Assembly (NCBI RefSeq): GCF_009914755.1
Contig: NC_060939.1
Strand: one strand, 5' to 3'
Source of the DNA: the human T2T-CHM13v2.0 reference genome, Homo sapiens
Length of the DNA: 64,000 nt
Both the position numbers and the translations under genes were made by a program. Under the pieces are notes generated by a model, which saw only the letters and a program-made list of their open reading frames with translations, was not told the origin of the DNA and made no database searches. Shown here in pieces: positions 36,330 through 51,300 of this stretch. Within the stretch, counting starts at the first letter, position 1, and each line of letters starts with the position of its first letter.

Positions 36330-39300
36330 ATGTTTCCAAAATGCTGTATCCAAACAAAGGTTCAACTCTGTGAATTGAGGGCATACATCACAAAGAAGAT
36401 TCTGAGAATGCTTCTGTCTAGATTTTATATGAAAATATTCCCGTTTCCAACGAAATCCTCAAAGCTATCCAAATATCCACTTGCAAATGCCACAAAAAGA
36501 GTGTTTCCAAACTGCTCTGTGAAAAGGAAGGTTCAACTCTGTTAGTTGAGTACACACATCACAAAGAGGTTTCTGAGAATGCTGCTGACTAGTTTTTATT
36601 TGAAGATATTTCCCTTTTCACCTTAGGCCTAAGAGTGCTCGAAATGTCCATTTCCACATACTCCACAAAGTGTGTTTCAAACGTGCTGTATGAAAGGGAA
36701 TGTTCAACTCTATGAGTTGAATGCAAACATCACAAAGAAGATTCTGAGAATGCTTTTGTCTAGATTTTATATGAAGATATTCCCGTGTCCAACGAAATTT
36801 TCAAAGGTCTCCAAATATCCATTTGTAGATTCTACAAAAAGAGTGTTTCCAAACTGCTGTATCAAAACAAAGGTTGAACTCTGTGAGTTGAGGACACACA
36901 TCACAAATAAGTTTCTGAGAATGCTTCTGTCTAGTTTTTATTTGAAGATGTTTCCTTTTTCACCATAGGCCTGAAAGCGCTCGAAATGTCCACTTCCAGA
37001 TAGTACAGAAAGAGTGTTTCAAACCTGCTCTATGAACGGGAATGTTCAGCTCTGTGAGTTGAATGCAAACATCACAAAGCAGGTTCTGAGAATGCTTCCG
37101 TCTAGATTTTAAATGAGGATATTCCCGTTTCCAACGAAATCCTCGAAGCTATCCAAATATCCACTTGCAGATTCCACAAAAAGAGTGTTTCAAAACTGCT
37201 CTGTCAAAAGATAGGTTCAACTCTGTTAGTTGAGTACACACATGGCAAACAAGATTGCGAGAATGCTTTCGTCTAGTTTTTTTGGGAAGATATTTCCTTC
37301 TTCACCATAGGCCTCAAAGCGCTCCAAATATCCATTTCCACATGCTATACAAAGAGTGTCTCAAACCTGCTGTATGAATGGGAATGTTCAACTCTATGAG
37401 TTGAATGCAAACATCACAAAGAAGTTTCTGAGAATGCTGCTGTCTAGATTTTATATGAAGGTTTTCCCGCTTCCAACGAAATTTTCAATGCTCTCAAAAT
37501 ATCCTCTTGTAGATTCTACAAAAAGAGTGTTTCCAAACTGCTGTATCAAAACAAAGGTTCATCTCTGTTAGTTGAGGACACACATCACAAATAAGTTTCT
37601 GAGAATGCTTCTGTCTAGTTCTTATTTGAAGACATTTCCTTTCTCACCTTAGGCCTGAAAGCGCTCGAAATACCCACTTCCAGATACTACAGAAACAGTG
37701 ATTCAAACCTGCTCTATGAAAGGGAATGTTCAACTATGTGACTTGAATGCAAACATCACAAAGCAGTTTCTGAGAATGCTGCTGTCTACTTTCTATTTGT
37801 AATCCCGTTTCCAACGAAATCCTCAGAACTATCGAAATTTCCAATTGCAGATTCCACAGAAACAGGGTTTCAAAGCTGCTCTGTAAAAAGAAAGGTTCAA
37901 CTCTGTTAGTTGAATACACACGTCACAAACAAGTTTCTGAGAATGCTTCTGTCTAGTTTTTATGGGAAGATATTTCCTTTTTCACCGTAGGCCTCAAAGC
38001 GCTCCAAATGTCCACTTCCACATACTACAAAAAGAGTGTTTCAAACCTGCTCTATGATAGGGAATGTTGAAACCTATGAGTTGAATGCAAGCATTACAAA
38101 GAGGTTTCTGAGAATGCTTCTGTCTAGATTTTATATGTAGATATTCCCGTTTCCAACGAAATCCTCAAAGCTATCCAAATATCAACTTGCAGATTCTACA
38201 AAAGGAATGTTTCCAAAATGCTGTATCCAAACAAAGGTTCAACTCTGTGAATTGAGGGCATACATCACAAAGAAGATTCTGAGAATGCTTCTGTCTAGAT
38301 TTTATATGAAAATATTCCCGTTTCCAACGAAATCCTCAAAGCTATCCAAATATCCACTTGCAAATGCCACAAAAAGAGTGTTTCCAAACTGCTCTGTGAA
38401 AAGGAAGGTTCAACTCTGTTAGTTGAGTACACACATCACAAAGAGGTTTCTGAGAATGCTGCTGACTAGTTTTTATTTGAAGATATTTCCCTTTTCACCT
38501 TAGGCCTAAGAGTGCTCGAAATGTCCATTTCCACATACTCCACAAAGTGTGTTTCAAACGTGCTGTATGAAAGGGAATGTTCAACTCTATGAGTTGAATG
38601 CAAACATCACAAAGAAGATTCTGAGAATGCTTTTGTCTAGATTTTATATGAAGATATTCCCGTGTCCAACGAAATTTTCAAAGGTCTCCAAATATCCATT
38701 TGTAGATTCTACAAAAAGAGTGTTTCCAAACTGCTGTATCAAAACAAAGGTTGAACTCTGTGAGTTGAGGACACACATCACAAATAAGTTTCTGAGAATG
38801 CTTCTGTCTAGTTTTTATTTGAAGATGTTTCCTTTTTCACCATAGGCCTGAAAGCGCTCGAAATGTCCACTTCCAGATAGTACAGAAAGAGTGTTTCAAA
38901 CCTGCTCTATGAACGGGAATGTTCAGCTCTGTGAGTTGAATGCAAACATCACAAAGCAGGTTCTGAGAATGCTTCCGTCTAGATTTTAAATGAGGATATT
39001 CCCGTTTCCAACGAAATCCTCGAAGCTATCCAAATATCCACTTGCAGATTCCACAAAAAGAGTGTTTCAAAACTGCTCTGTCAAAAGATAGGTTCAACTC
39101 TGTTAGTTGAGTACACACATGGCAAACAAGATTGCGAGAATGCTTTCGTCTAGTTTTTTTGGGAAGATATTTCCTTCTTCACCATAGGCCTCAAAGCGCT
39201 CCAAATATCCATTTCCACATGCTATACAAAGAGTGTCTCAAACCTGCTGTATGAATGGGAATGTTCAACTCTATGAGTTGAATGCAAACATCACAAAGAA

Positions 39301-42300
39301 GTTTCTGAGAATGCTGCTGTCTAGATTTTATATGAAGGTTTTCCCGCTTCCAACGAAATTTTCAATGCTCTCAAAATATCCTCTTGTAGATTCTACAAAA
39401 AGAGTGTTTCCAAACTGCTGTATCAAAACAAAGGTTCATCTCTGTTAGTTGAGGACACACATCACAAATAAGTTTCTGAGAATGCTTCTGTCTAGTTCTT
39501 ATTTGAAGACATTTCCTTTCTCACCTTAGGCCTGAAAGCGCTCGAAATACCCACTTCCAGATACTACAGAAACAGTGATTCAAACCTGCTCTATGAAAGG
39601 GAATGTTCAACTATGTGACTTGAATGCAAACATCACAAAGCAGTTTCTGAGAATGCTGCTGTCTACTTTCTATTTGTAATCCCGTTTCCAACGAAATCCT
39701 CAGAACTATCGAAATTTCCAATTGCAGATTCCACAGAAACAGGGTTTCAAAGCTGCTCTGTAAAAAGAAAGGTTCAACTCTGTTAGTTGAATACACACGT
39801 CACAAACAAGTTTCTGAGAATGCTTCTGTCTAGTTTTTATGGGAAGATATTTCCTTTTTCACCGTAGGCCTCAAAGCGCTCCAAATGTCCACTTCCACAT
39901 ACTACAAAAAGAGTGTTTCAAACCTGCTGTATGAAAGGGAATGTTCAACTCTATGAGTTGAATGCAAACATTACAAAGAAGTTTCTGAGAATGCTTCTGT
40001 CTAGATTTTATATGAAGGTTTTCCCGTTTCCAACGAAATTTTCAATGCTCTCAAAATATCCACTTGTAGATTCTACAAAAAGAGTGTTTCCAAACTGCTG
40101 TGTCAAAAGAAAGGTTCAACTCTGTTAGTTGAGGACACACATCACAAATAAGTTTCTGAGAATGCTTCTGTCTAGTTCTTATTTGAAGACATTTCCTTTC
40201 TCACCTTAGGCCTGAAAACGCTCGAAATATCCACTTCCAGATACGACAGAAACAGTGATTCAAACCTGCTCTATGAAAGGGAATGTTCAACTAGGTGACT
40301 TGAATGCAAACATCACAAAGCAGTTTCTGAGAATGCTGCTGTCTACTTTCTATTTGTAATCCCGTTTCCAACGAAATCCTCAGAACTATCGAAATTTCCA
40401 ATTGCAGATTCCACAAAAAGCGTGTTTCAAAGCTGCTCTGTAAAAAGAAAGGTTCAACTCTGTTAGTTGAATACACACGTCACAAACAAGTTTCTGAGAA
40501 TGCTTCTGTCTAGTTTTTATGGGAAGATATTTCCTTTTTCACCGTAGGCCTCAAAGCGCTCCAAATGTCCACTTCCACATACTACAAAAAGAGTGTTTCA
40601 AACCTGCTCTATGATAGGGAATGTTGAAACGTATGAGTTGAATGCAAGCATTACAAAGAGGTTTCTGAGAATGCTTCTGTCTAGATTTTATATGTAGATA
40701 TTCCCGTTTCCAACGAAATCCTCAAAGCTATCCAAATATCAACTTGCAGATTCTACAAAAGGAATGTTTCCAAAATGCTGTATCCAAACAAAGGTTCAAC
40801 TCTGTGAATTGAGGGCATACATCACAAAGAAGATTCTGAGAATGCTTCTGTCTAGATTTTATATGAAAATATTCCCGTTTCCAACGAAATCCTCAAAGCT
40901 ATCCAAATATCCACTTGCAAATGCCACAAAAAGAGTGTTTCCAAACTGCTCTGTGAAAAGGAAGGTTCAACTCTGTTAGTTGAGTACACACATCACAAAG
41001 AGGTTTCTGAGAATGCTGCTGACTAGTTTTTATTTGAAGATATTTCCCTTTTCACCTTAGGCCTAAGAGTGCTCGAAATGTCCATTTCCACATACTCCAC
41101 AAAGTGTGTTTCAAACGTGCTGTATGAAAGGGAATGTTCAACTCTATGAGTTGAATGCAAACATCACAAAGAAGATTCTGAGAATGCTTTTGTCTAGATT
41201 TTATATGAAGATATTCCCGTGTCCAACGAAATTTTCAAAGGTCTCCAAATATCCATTTGTAGATTCTACAAAAAGAGTGTTTCCAAACTGCTGTATCAAA
41301 ACAAAGGTTGAACTCTGTGAGTTGAGGACACACATCACAAATAAGTTTCTGAGAATGCTTCTGTCTAGTTTTTATTTGAAGATGTTTCCTTTTTCACCAT
41401 AGGCCTGAAAGCGCTCGAAATGTCCACTTCCAGATAGTACAGAAAGAGTGTTTCAAACCTGCTCTATGAACGGGAATGTTCAGCTCTGTGAGTTGAATGC
41501 AAACATCACAAAGCAGGTTCTGAGAATGCTTCCGTCTAGATTTTAAATGAGGATATTCCCGTTTCCAACGAAATCCTCGAAGCTATCCAAATATCCACTT
41601 GCAGATTCCACAAAAAGAGTGTTTCAAAACTGCTCTGTCAAAAGATAGGTTCAACTCTGTTAGTTGAGTACACACATGGCAAACAAGATTGCGAGAATGC
41701 TTTCGTCTAGTTTTTTTGGGAAGATATTTCCTTCTTCACCATAGGCCTCAAAGCGCTCCAAATATCCATTTCCACATGCTATACAAAGAGTGTCTCAAAC
41801 CTGCTGTATGAATGGGAATGTTCAACTCTATGAGTTGAATGCAAACATCACAAAGAAGTTTCTGAGAATGCTGCTGTCTAGATTTTATATGAAGGTTTTC
41901 CCGCTTCCAACGAAATTTTCAATGCTCTCAAAATATCCTCTTGTAGATTCTACAAAAAGAGTGTTTCCAAACTGCTGTATCAAAACAAAGGTTCATCTCT
42001 GTTAGTTGAGGACACACATCACAAATAAGTTTCTGAGAATGCTTCTGTCTAGTTCTTATTTGAAGACATTTCCTTTCTCACCTTAGGCCTGAAAGCGCTC
42101 GAAATACCCACTTCCAGATACTACAGAAACAGTGATTCAAACCTGCTCTATGAAAGGGAATGTTCAACTATGTGACTTGAATGCAAACATCACAAAGCAG
42201 TTTCTGAGAATGCTGCTGTCTACTTTCTATTTGTAATCCCGTTTCCAACGAAATCCTCAGAACTATCGAAATTTCCAATTGCAGATTCCACAGAAACAGG

Positions 42301-45300
42301 GTTTCAAAGCTGCTCTGTAAAAAGAAAGGTTCAACTCTGTTAGTTGAATACACACGTCACAAACAAGTTTCTGAGAATGCTTCTGTCTAGTTTTTATGGG
42401 AAGATATTTCCTTTTTCACCGTAGGCCTCAAAGCGCTCCAAATGTCCACTTCCACATACTACAAAAAGAGTGTTTCAAACCTGCTCTATGATAGGGAATG
42501 TTGAAACCTATGAGTTGAATGCAAGCATTACAAAGAGGTTTCTGAGAATGCTTCTGTCTAGATTTTATATGTAGATATTCCCGTTTCCAACGAAATCCTC
42601 AAAGCTATCCAAATATCAACTTGCAGATTCTACAAAAGGAATGTTTCCAAAATGCTGTATCCAAACAAAGGTTCAACTCTGTGAATTGAGGGCATACATC
42701 ACAAAGAAGATTCTGAGAATGCTTCTGTCTAGATTTTATATGAAAATATTCCCGTTTCCAACGAAATCCTCAAAGCTATCCAAATATCCACTTGCAAATG
42801 CCACAAAAAGAGTGTTTCCAAACTGCTCTGTGAAAAGGAAGGTTCAACTCTGTTAGTTGAGTACACACATCACAAAGAGGTTTCTGAGAATGCTGCTGAC
42901 TAGTTTTTATTTGAAGATATTTCCCTTTTCACCTTAGGCCTAAGAGGGCTCGAAATGTCCATTTCCACATACTCCACAAAGTGTGTTTCAAACGTGCTGT
43001 ATGAAAGGGAATGTTCAACTCTATGAGTTGAATGCAAACATCACAAAGAAGATTCTGAGAATGCTTTTGTCTAGATTTTATATGAAGATATTCCCGTGTC
43101 CAACGAAATTTTCAAAGGTCTCCAAATATCCATTTGTAGATTCTACAAAAAGAGTGTTTCCAAACTGCTGTATCAAAACAAAGGTTGAAACTCTGTGAGT
43201 TGAGGACACACATCACAAATAAGTTTCTGAGAATGCTTCTGTCTAGTTTTTATTTGAAGATGTTTCCTTTTTCACCATAGGCCTGAAAGCGCTCGAAATG
43301 TCCACTTCCAGATAGTACAGAAAGAGTGTTTCAAACCTGCTCTATGAACGGGAATGTTCAGCTCTGTGAGTTGAATGCAAACATCACAAAGCAGGTTCTG
43401 AGAATGCTTCCGTCTAGATTTTAAATGAGGATATTCCCGTTTCCAACGAAATCCTCGAAGCTATCCAAATATCCACTTGCAGATTCCACAAAAAGAGTGT
43501 TTCAAAACTGCTCTGTCAAAAGATAGGTTCAACTCTGTTAGTTGAGTACACACATGGCAAACAAGATTGCGAGAATGCTTTCGTCTAGTTTTTTTGGGAA
43601 GATATTTCCTTCTTCACCATAGGCCTCAAAGCGCTCCAAATATCCATTTCCACATGCTATACAAAGAGTGTCTCAAACCTGCTGTATGAATGGGAATGTT
43701 CAACTCTATGAGTTGAATGCAAACATCACAAAGAAGTTTCTGAGAATGCTTCTGTCTAGATTTTATATGAAGGTTTTCCCGCTTCCAACGAAATTTTCAA
43801 TGCTCTCAAAATATCCTCTTGTAGATTCTACAAAAAGAGTGTTTCCAAACTGCTGTATCAAAACAAAGGTTCATCTCTGTTAGTTGAGGACACACATCAC
43901 AAATAAGTTTCTGAGAATGCTTCTGTCTAGTTCTTATTTGAAGACATTTCCTTTCTCACCTTAGGCCTGAAAGCGCTCGAAATACCCACTTCCAGATACT
44001 ACAGAAACAGTGATTCAAACCTGCTCTATGAAAGGGAATGTTCAACTATGTGACTTGAATGCAAACATCACAAAGCAGTTTCTGAGAATGCTGCTGTCTA
44101 CTTTCTATTTGTAATCCCGTTTCCAACGAAATCCTCAGAACTATCGAAATTTCCAATTGCAGATTCCACAGAAACAGGGTTTCAAAGCTGCTCTGTAAAA
44201 AGAAAGGTTCAACTCTGTTAGTTGAATACACACGTCACAAACAAGTTTCTGAGAATGCTTCTGTCTAGTTTTTATGGGAAGATATTTCCTTTTTCACCGT
44301 AGGCCTCAAAGCGCTCCAAATGTCCACTTCCACATACTACAAAAAGAGTGTTTCAAACCTGCTGTATGAAAGGGAATGTTCAACTCTATGAGTTGAATGC
44401 AAACATTACAAAGAAGTTTCTGAGAATGCTTCTGTCTAGATTTTATATGAAGGTTTTCCCGTTTCCAACGAAATTTTCAATGCTCTCAAAATATCCACTT
44501 GTAGATTCTACAAAAAGAGTGTTTCCAAACTGCTGTGTCAAAAGAAAGGTTCAACTCTGTTAGTTGAGGACACACATCACAAATAAGTTTCTGAGAATGC
44601 TTCTGTCTAGTTCTTATTTGAAGACATTTCCTTTCTCACCTTAGGCCTGAAAACGCTCGAAATATCCACTTCCAGATACGACAGAAACAGTGATTCAAAC
44701 CTGCTCTATGAAAGGGAATGTTCAACTAGGTGACTTGAATGCAAACATCACAAAGCAGTTTCTGAGAATGCTGCTGTCTAGTTTCTATTTGTAATCCCGT
44801 TTCCAACGAAATCCTCAGAACTATCGAAATTTCCAATTGCAGATTCCACAAAAAGCGTGTTTCAAAGCTGCTCTGTAAAAAGAAAGGTTCAACTCTGTTA
44901 GTTGAATACACACGTCACAAACAAGTTTCTGAGAATGCTTCTGTCTAGTTTTTATGGGAAGATATTTCCTTTTTCACCGTAGGCCTCAAAGCGCTCCAAA
45001 TGTCCACTTCCACATACTACAAAAAGAGTGTTTCAAACCTGCTCTATGATAGGGAATGTTGAAACGTATGAGTTGAATGCAAGCATTACAAAGAGGTTTC
45101 TGAGAATGCTTCTGTCTAGATTTTATATGTAGATATTCCCGTTTCCAACGAAATCCTCAAAGCTATCCAAATATCAACTTGCAGATTCTACAAAAGGAAT
45201 GTTTCCAAAATGCTGTATCCAAACAAAGGTTCAACTCTGTGAATTGAGGGCATACATCACAAAGAAGATTCTGAGAATGCTTCTGTCTAGATTTTATATG

Positions 45301-48300
45301 AAAATATTCCCGTTTCCAACGAAATCCTCAAAGCTATCCAAATATCCACTTGCAAATGCCACAAAAAGAGTGTTTCCAAACTGCTCTGTGAAAAGGAAGG
45401 TTCAACTCTGTTAGTTGAGTACACACATCACAAAGAGGTTTCTGAGAATGCTGCTGACTAGTTTTTATTTGAAGATATTTCCCTTTTCACCTTAGGCCTA
45501 AGAGTGCTCGAAATGTCCATTTCCACATACTCCACAAAGTGTGTTTCAAACGTGCTGTATGAAAGGGAATGTTCAACTCTATGAGTTGAATGCAAACATC
45601 ACAAAGAAGATTCTGAGAATGCTTTTGTCTAGATTTTATATGAAGATATTCCCGTGTCCAACGAAATTTTCAAAGGTCTCCAAATATCCATTTGTAGATT
45701 CTACAAAAAGAGTGTTTCCAAACTGCTGTATCAAAACAAAGGTTGAACTCTGTGAGTTGAGGACACACATCACAAATAAGTTTCTGAGAATGCTTCTGTC
45801 TAGTTTTTATTTGAAGATGTTTCCTTTTTCACCATAGGCCTGAAAGCGCTCGAAATGTCCACTTCCAGATAGTACAGAAAGAGTGTTTCAAACCTGCTCT
45901 ATGAACGGGAATGTTCAGCTCTGTGAGTTGAATGCAAACATCACAAAGCAGGTTCTGAGAATGCTTCCGTCTAGATTTTAAATGAGGATATTCCCGTTTC
46001 CAACGAAATCCTCGAAGCTATCCAAATATCCACTTGCAGATTCCACAAAAAGAGTGTTTCAAAACTGCTCTGTCAAAAGATAGGTTCAACTCTGTTAGTT
46101 GAGTACACACATGGCAAACAAGATTGCGAGAATGCTTTCGTCTAGTTTTTTTGGGAAGATATTTCCTTCTTCACCATAGGCCTCAAAGCGCTCCAAATAT
46201 CCATTTCCACATGCTATACAAAGAGTGTCTCAAACCTGCTGTATGAATGGGAATGTTCAACTCTATGAGTTGAATGCAAACATCACAAAGAAGTTTCTGA
46301 GAATGCTGCTGTCTAGATTTTATATGAAGGTTTTCCCGCTTCCAACGAAATTTTCAATGCTCTCAAAATATCCTCTTGTAGATTCTACAAAAAGAGTGTT
46401 TCCAAACTGCTGTATCAAAACAAAGGTTCATCTCTGTTAGTTGAGGACACACATCACAAATAAGTTTCTGAGAATGCTTCTGTCTAGTTCTTATTTGAAG
46501 ACATTTCCTTTCTCACCTTAGGCCTGAAAGCGCTCGAAATACCCACTTCCAGATACTACAGAAACAGTGATTCAAACCTGCTCTATGAAAGGGAATGTTC
46601 AACTATGTGACTTGAATGCAAACATCACAAAGCAGTTTCTGAGAATGCTGCTGTCTACTTTCTATTTGTAATCCCGTTTCCAACGAAATCCTCAGAACTA
46701 TCGAAATTTCCAATTGCAGATTCCACAGAAACAGGGTTTCAAAGCTGCTCTGTAAAAAGAAAGGTTCAACTCTGTTAGTTGAATACACACGTCACAAACA
46801 AGTTTCTGAGATTGCTTCTGTCTAGTTTTTATGGGAAGATATTTCCTTTTTCACCGTAGGCCTCAAAGCGCTCCAAATGTCCACTTCCACATACTACAAA
46901 AAGAGTGTTTCAAACCTGCTCTATGATAGGGAATGTTGAAACCTATGAGTTGAATGCAAGCATTACAAAGAGGTTTCTGAGAATGCTTCTGTCTAGATTT
47001 TATATGTAGATATTCCCGTTTCCAACGAAATCCTCAAAGCTATCCAAATATCAACTTGCAGATTCTACAAAAGGAATGTTTCCAAAATGCTGTATCCAAA
47101 CAAAGGTTCAACTCTGTGAATTGAGGGCATACATCACAAAGAAGATTCTGAGAATGCTTCTGTCTAGATTTTATATGAAAATATTCCCGTTTCCAACGAA
47201 ATCCTCAAAGCTATCCAAATATCCACTTGCAAATGCCACAAAAAGAGTGTTTCCAAACTGCTCTGTGAAAAGGAAGGTTCAACTCTGTTAGTTGAGTACA
47301 CACATCACAAAGAGGTTTCTGAGAATGCTGCTGACTAGTTTTTATTTGAAGATATTTCCCTTTTCACCTTAGGCCTAAGAGTGCTCGAAATGTCCATTTC
47401 CACATACTCCACAAAGTGTGTTTCAAACGTGCTGTATGAAAGGGAATGTTCAACTCTATGAGTTGAATGCAAACATCACAAAGAAGATTCTGAGAATGCT
47501 TTTGTCTAGATTTTATATGAAGATATTCCCGTGTCCAACGAAATTTTCAAAGGTCTCCAAATAAAGATTGTTTCCAAACTGCTGTATCAAAACAAAGGTT
47601 GAACTCTGTGAGTTGAGGACACACATCACAAATAAGTTTCTGAGAATGCTTCTGTCTAGTTTTTATTTGAAGATGTTTCCTTTTTCACCATAGGCCTGAA
47701 AGCGCTCGAAATGTCCACTTCCAGATAGTACAGAAAGAGTGTTTCAAACCTGCTCTATGAACGGGAATGTTCAGCTCTGTGAGTTGAATGCAAACATCAC
47801 AAAGCAGGTTCTGAGAATGCTTCCGTCTAGATTTTAAATGAGGATATTCCCGTTTCCAACGAAATCCTCGAAGCTATCCAAATATCCACTTGCAGATTCC
47901 ACAAAAAGAGTGTTTCAAAACTGCTCTGTCAAAAGATAGGTTCAACTCTGTTAGTTGAGTACACACATGGCAAACAAGATTGCGAGAATGCTTTCGTCTA
48001 GTTTTTTTGGGAAGATATTTCCTTCTTCACCATAGGCCTCAAAGCGCTCCAAATATCCATTTCCACATGCTATACAAAGAGTGTCTCAAACCTGCTGTAT
48101 GAATGGGAATGTTCAACTCTATGAGTTGAATGCAAACATCACAAAGAAGTTTCTGAGAATGCTTCTGTCTAGATTTTATATGAAGGTTTTCCCGCTTCCA
48201 ACGAAATTTTCAATGCTCTCAAAATATCCTCTTGTAGATTCTACAAAAAGAGTGTTTCCAAACTGCTGTATCAAAACAAAGGTTCATCTCTGTTAGTTGA

Positions 48301-51300
48301 GGACACACATCACAAATAAGTTTCTGAGAATGCTTCTGTCTAGTTCTTATTTGAAGACATTTCCTTTCTCACCTTAGGCCTGAAAGCGCTCGAAATACCC
48401 ACTTCCAGATACTACAGAAACAGTGATTCAAACCTGCTCTATGAAAGGGAATGTTCAACTATGTGACTTGAATGCAAACATCACAAAGCAGTTTCTGAGA
48501 ATGCTGCTGTCTACTTTCTATTTGTAATCCCGTTTCCAACGAAATCCTCAGAACTATCGAAATTTCCAATTGCAGATTCCACAGAAACAGGGTTTCAAAG
48601 CTGCTCTGTAAAAAGAAAGGTTCAACTCTGTTAGTTGAATACACACGTCACAAACAAGTTTCTGAGAATGCTTCTGTCTAGTTTTTATGGGAAGATATTT
48701 CCTTTTTCACCGTAGGCCTCAAAGCGCTCCAAATGTCCACTTCCACATACTACAAAAAGAGTGTTTCAAACCTGCTGTATGAAAGGGAATGTTCAACTCT
48801 ATGAGTTGAATGCAAACATTACAAAGAAGTTTCTGAGAATGCTTCTGTCTAGATTTTATATGAAGGTTTTCCCGTTTCCAACGAAATTTTCAATGCTCTC
48901 AAAATATCCACTTGTAGATTCTACAAAAAGAGTGTTTCCAAACTGCTGTGTCAAAAGAAAGGTTCAACTCTGTTAGTTGAGGACACACATCACAAATAAG
49001 TTTCTGAGAATGCTTCTGTCTAGTTCTTATTTGAAGACATTTCCTTTCTCACCTTAGGCCTGAAAACGCTCGAAATATCCACTTCCAGATACGACAGAAA
49101 CAGTGATTCAAACCTGCTCTATGAAAGGGAATGTTCAACTAGGTGACTTGAATGCAAACATCACAAAGCAGTTTCTGAGAATGCTGCTGTCTACTTTCTA
49201 TTTGTAATCCCGTTTCCAACGAAATCCTCAGAACTATCGAAATTTCCAATTGCAGATTCCACAAAAAGCGTGTTTCAAAGCTGCTCTGTAAAAAGAAAGG
49301 TTCAACTCTGTTAGTTGAATACACACGTCACAAACAAGTTTCTGAGAATGCTTCTGTCTAGTTTTTATGGGAAGATATTTCCTTTTTCACCGTAGGCCTC
49401 AAAGCGCTCCAAATGTCCACTTCCACATACTACAAAAAGAGTGTTTCAAACCTGCTCTATGATAGGGAATGTTGAAACGTATGAGTTGAATGCAAGCATT
49501 ACAAAGAGGTTTCTGAGAATGCTTCTGTCTAGATTTTATATGTAGATATTCCCGTTTCCAACGAAATCCTCAAAGCTATCCAAATATCAACTTGCAGATT
49601 CTACAAAAGGAATGTTTCCAAAATGCTGTATCCAAACAAAGGTTCAACTCTGTGAATTGAGGGCATACATCACAAAGAAGATTCTGAGAATGCTTCTGTC
49701 TAGATTTTATATGAAAATATTCCCGTTTCCAACGAAATCCTCAAAGCTATCCAAATATCCACTTGCAAATGCCACAAAAAGAGTGTTTCCAAACTGCTCT
49801 GTGAAAAGGAAGGTTCAACTCTGTTAGTTGAGTACACACATCACAAAGAGGTTTCTGAGAATGCTGCTGACTAGTTTTTATTTGAAGATATTTCCCTTTT
49901 CACCTTAGGCCTAAGAGTGCTCGAAATGTCCATTTCCACATACTCCACAAAGTGTGTTTCAAACGTGCTGTATGAAAGGGAATGTTCAACTCTATGAGTT
50001 GAATGCAAACATCACAAAGAAGATTCTGAGAATGCTTTTGTCTAGATTTTATATGAAGATATTCCCGTGTCCAACGAAATTTTCAAAGGTCTCCAAATAT
50101 CCATTTGTAGATTCTACAAAAAGAGTGTTTCCAAACTGCTGTATCAAAACAAAGGTTGAACTCTGTGAGTTGAGGACACACATCACAAATAAGTTTCTGA
50201 GAATGCTTCTGTCTAGTTTTTATTTGAAGATGTTTCCTTTTTCACCATAGGCCTGAAAGCGCTCGAAATGTCCACTTCCAGATAGTACAGAAAGAGTGTT
50301 TCAAACCTGCTCTATGAACGGGAATGTTCAGCTCTGTGAGTTGAATGCAAACATCACAAAGCAGGTTCTGAGAATGCTTCCGTCTAGATTTTAAATGAGG
50401 ATATTCCCGTTTCCAACGAAATCCTCGAAGCTATCCAAATATCCACTTGCAGATTCCACAAAAAGAGTGTTTCAAAACTGCTCTGTCAAAAGATAGGTTC
50501 AACTCTGTTAGTTGAGTACACACATGGCAAACAAGATTGCGAGAATGCTTTCGTCTAGTTTTTTTGGGAAGATATTTCCTTCTTCACCATAGGCCTCAAA
50601 GCGCTCCAAATATCCATTTCCACATGCTATACAAAGAGTGTCTCAAACCTGCTGTATGAATGGGAATGTTCAACTCTATGAGTTGAATGCAAACATCACA
50701 AAGAAGTTTCTGAGAATGCTGCTGTCTAGATTTTATATGAAGGTTTTCCCGCTTCCAACGAAATTTTCAATGCTCTCAAAATATCCTCTTGTAGATTCTA
50801 CAAAAAGAGTGTTTCCAAACTGCTGTATCAAAACAAAGGTTCATCTCTGTTAGTTGAGGACACACATCACAAATAAGTTTCTGAGAATGCTTCTGTCTAG
50901 TTCTTATTTGAAGACATTTCCTTTCTCACCTTAGGCCTGAAAGCGCTCGAAATACCCACTTCCAGATACTACAGAAACAGTGATTCAAACCTGCTCTATG
51001 AAAGGGAATGTTCAACTATGTGACTTGAATGCAAACATCACAAAGCAGTTTCTGAGAATGCTGCTGTCTACTTTCTATTTGTAATCCCGTTTCCAACGAA
51101 ATCCTCAGAACTATCGAAATTTCCAATTGCAGATTCCACAGAAACAGGGTTTCAAAGCTGCTCTGTAAAAAGAAAGGTTCAACTCTGTTAGTTGAATACA
51201 CACGTCACAAACAAGTTTCTGAGAATGCTTCTGTCTAGTTTTTATGGGAAGATATTTCCTTTTTCACCGTAGGCCTCAAAGCGCTCCAAATGTCCACTTC

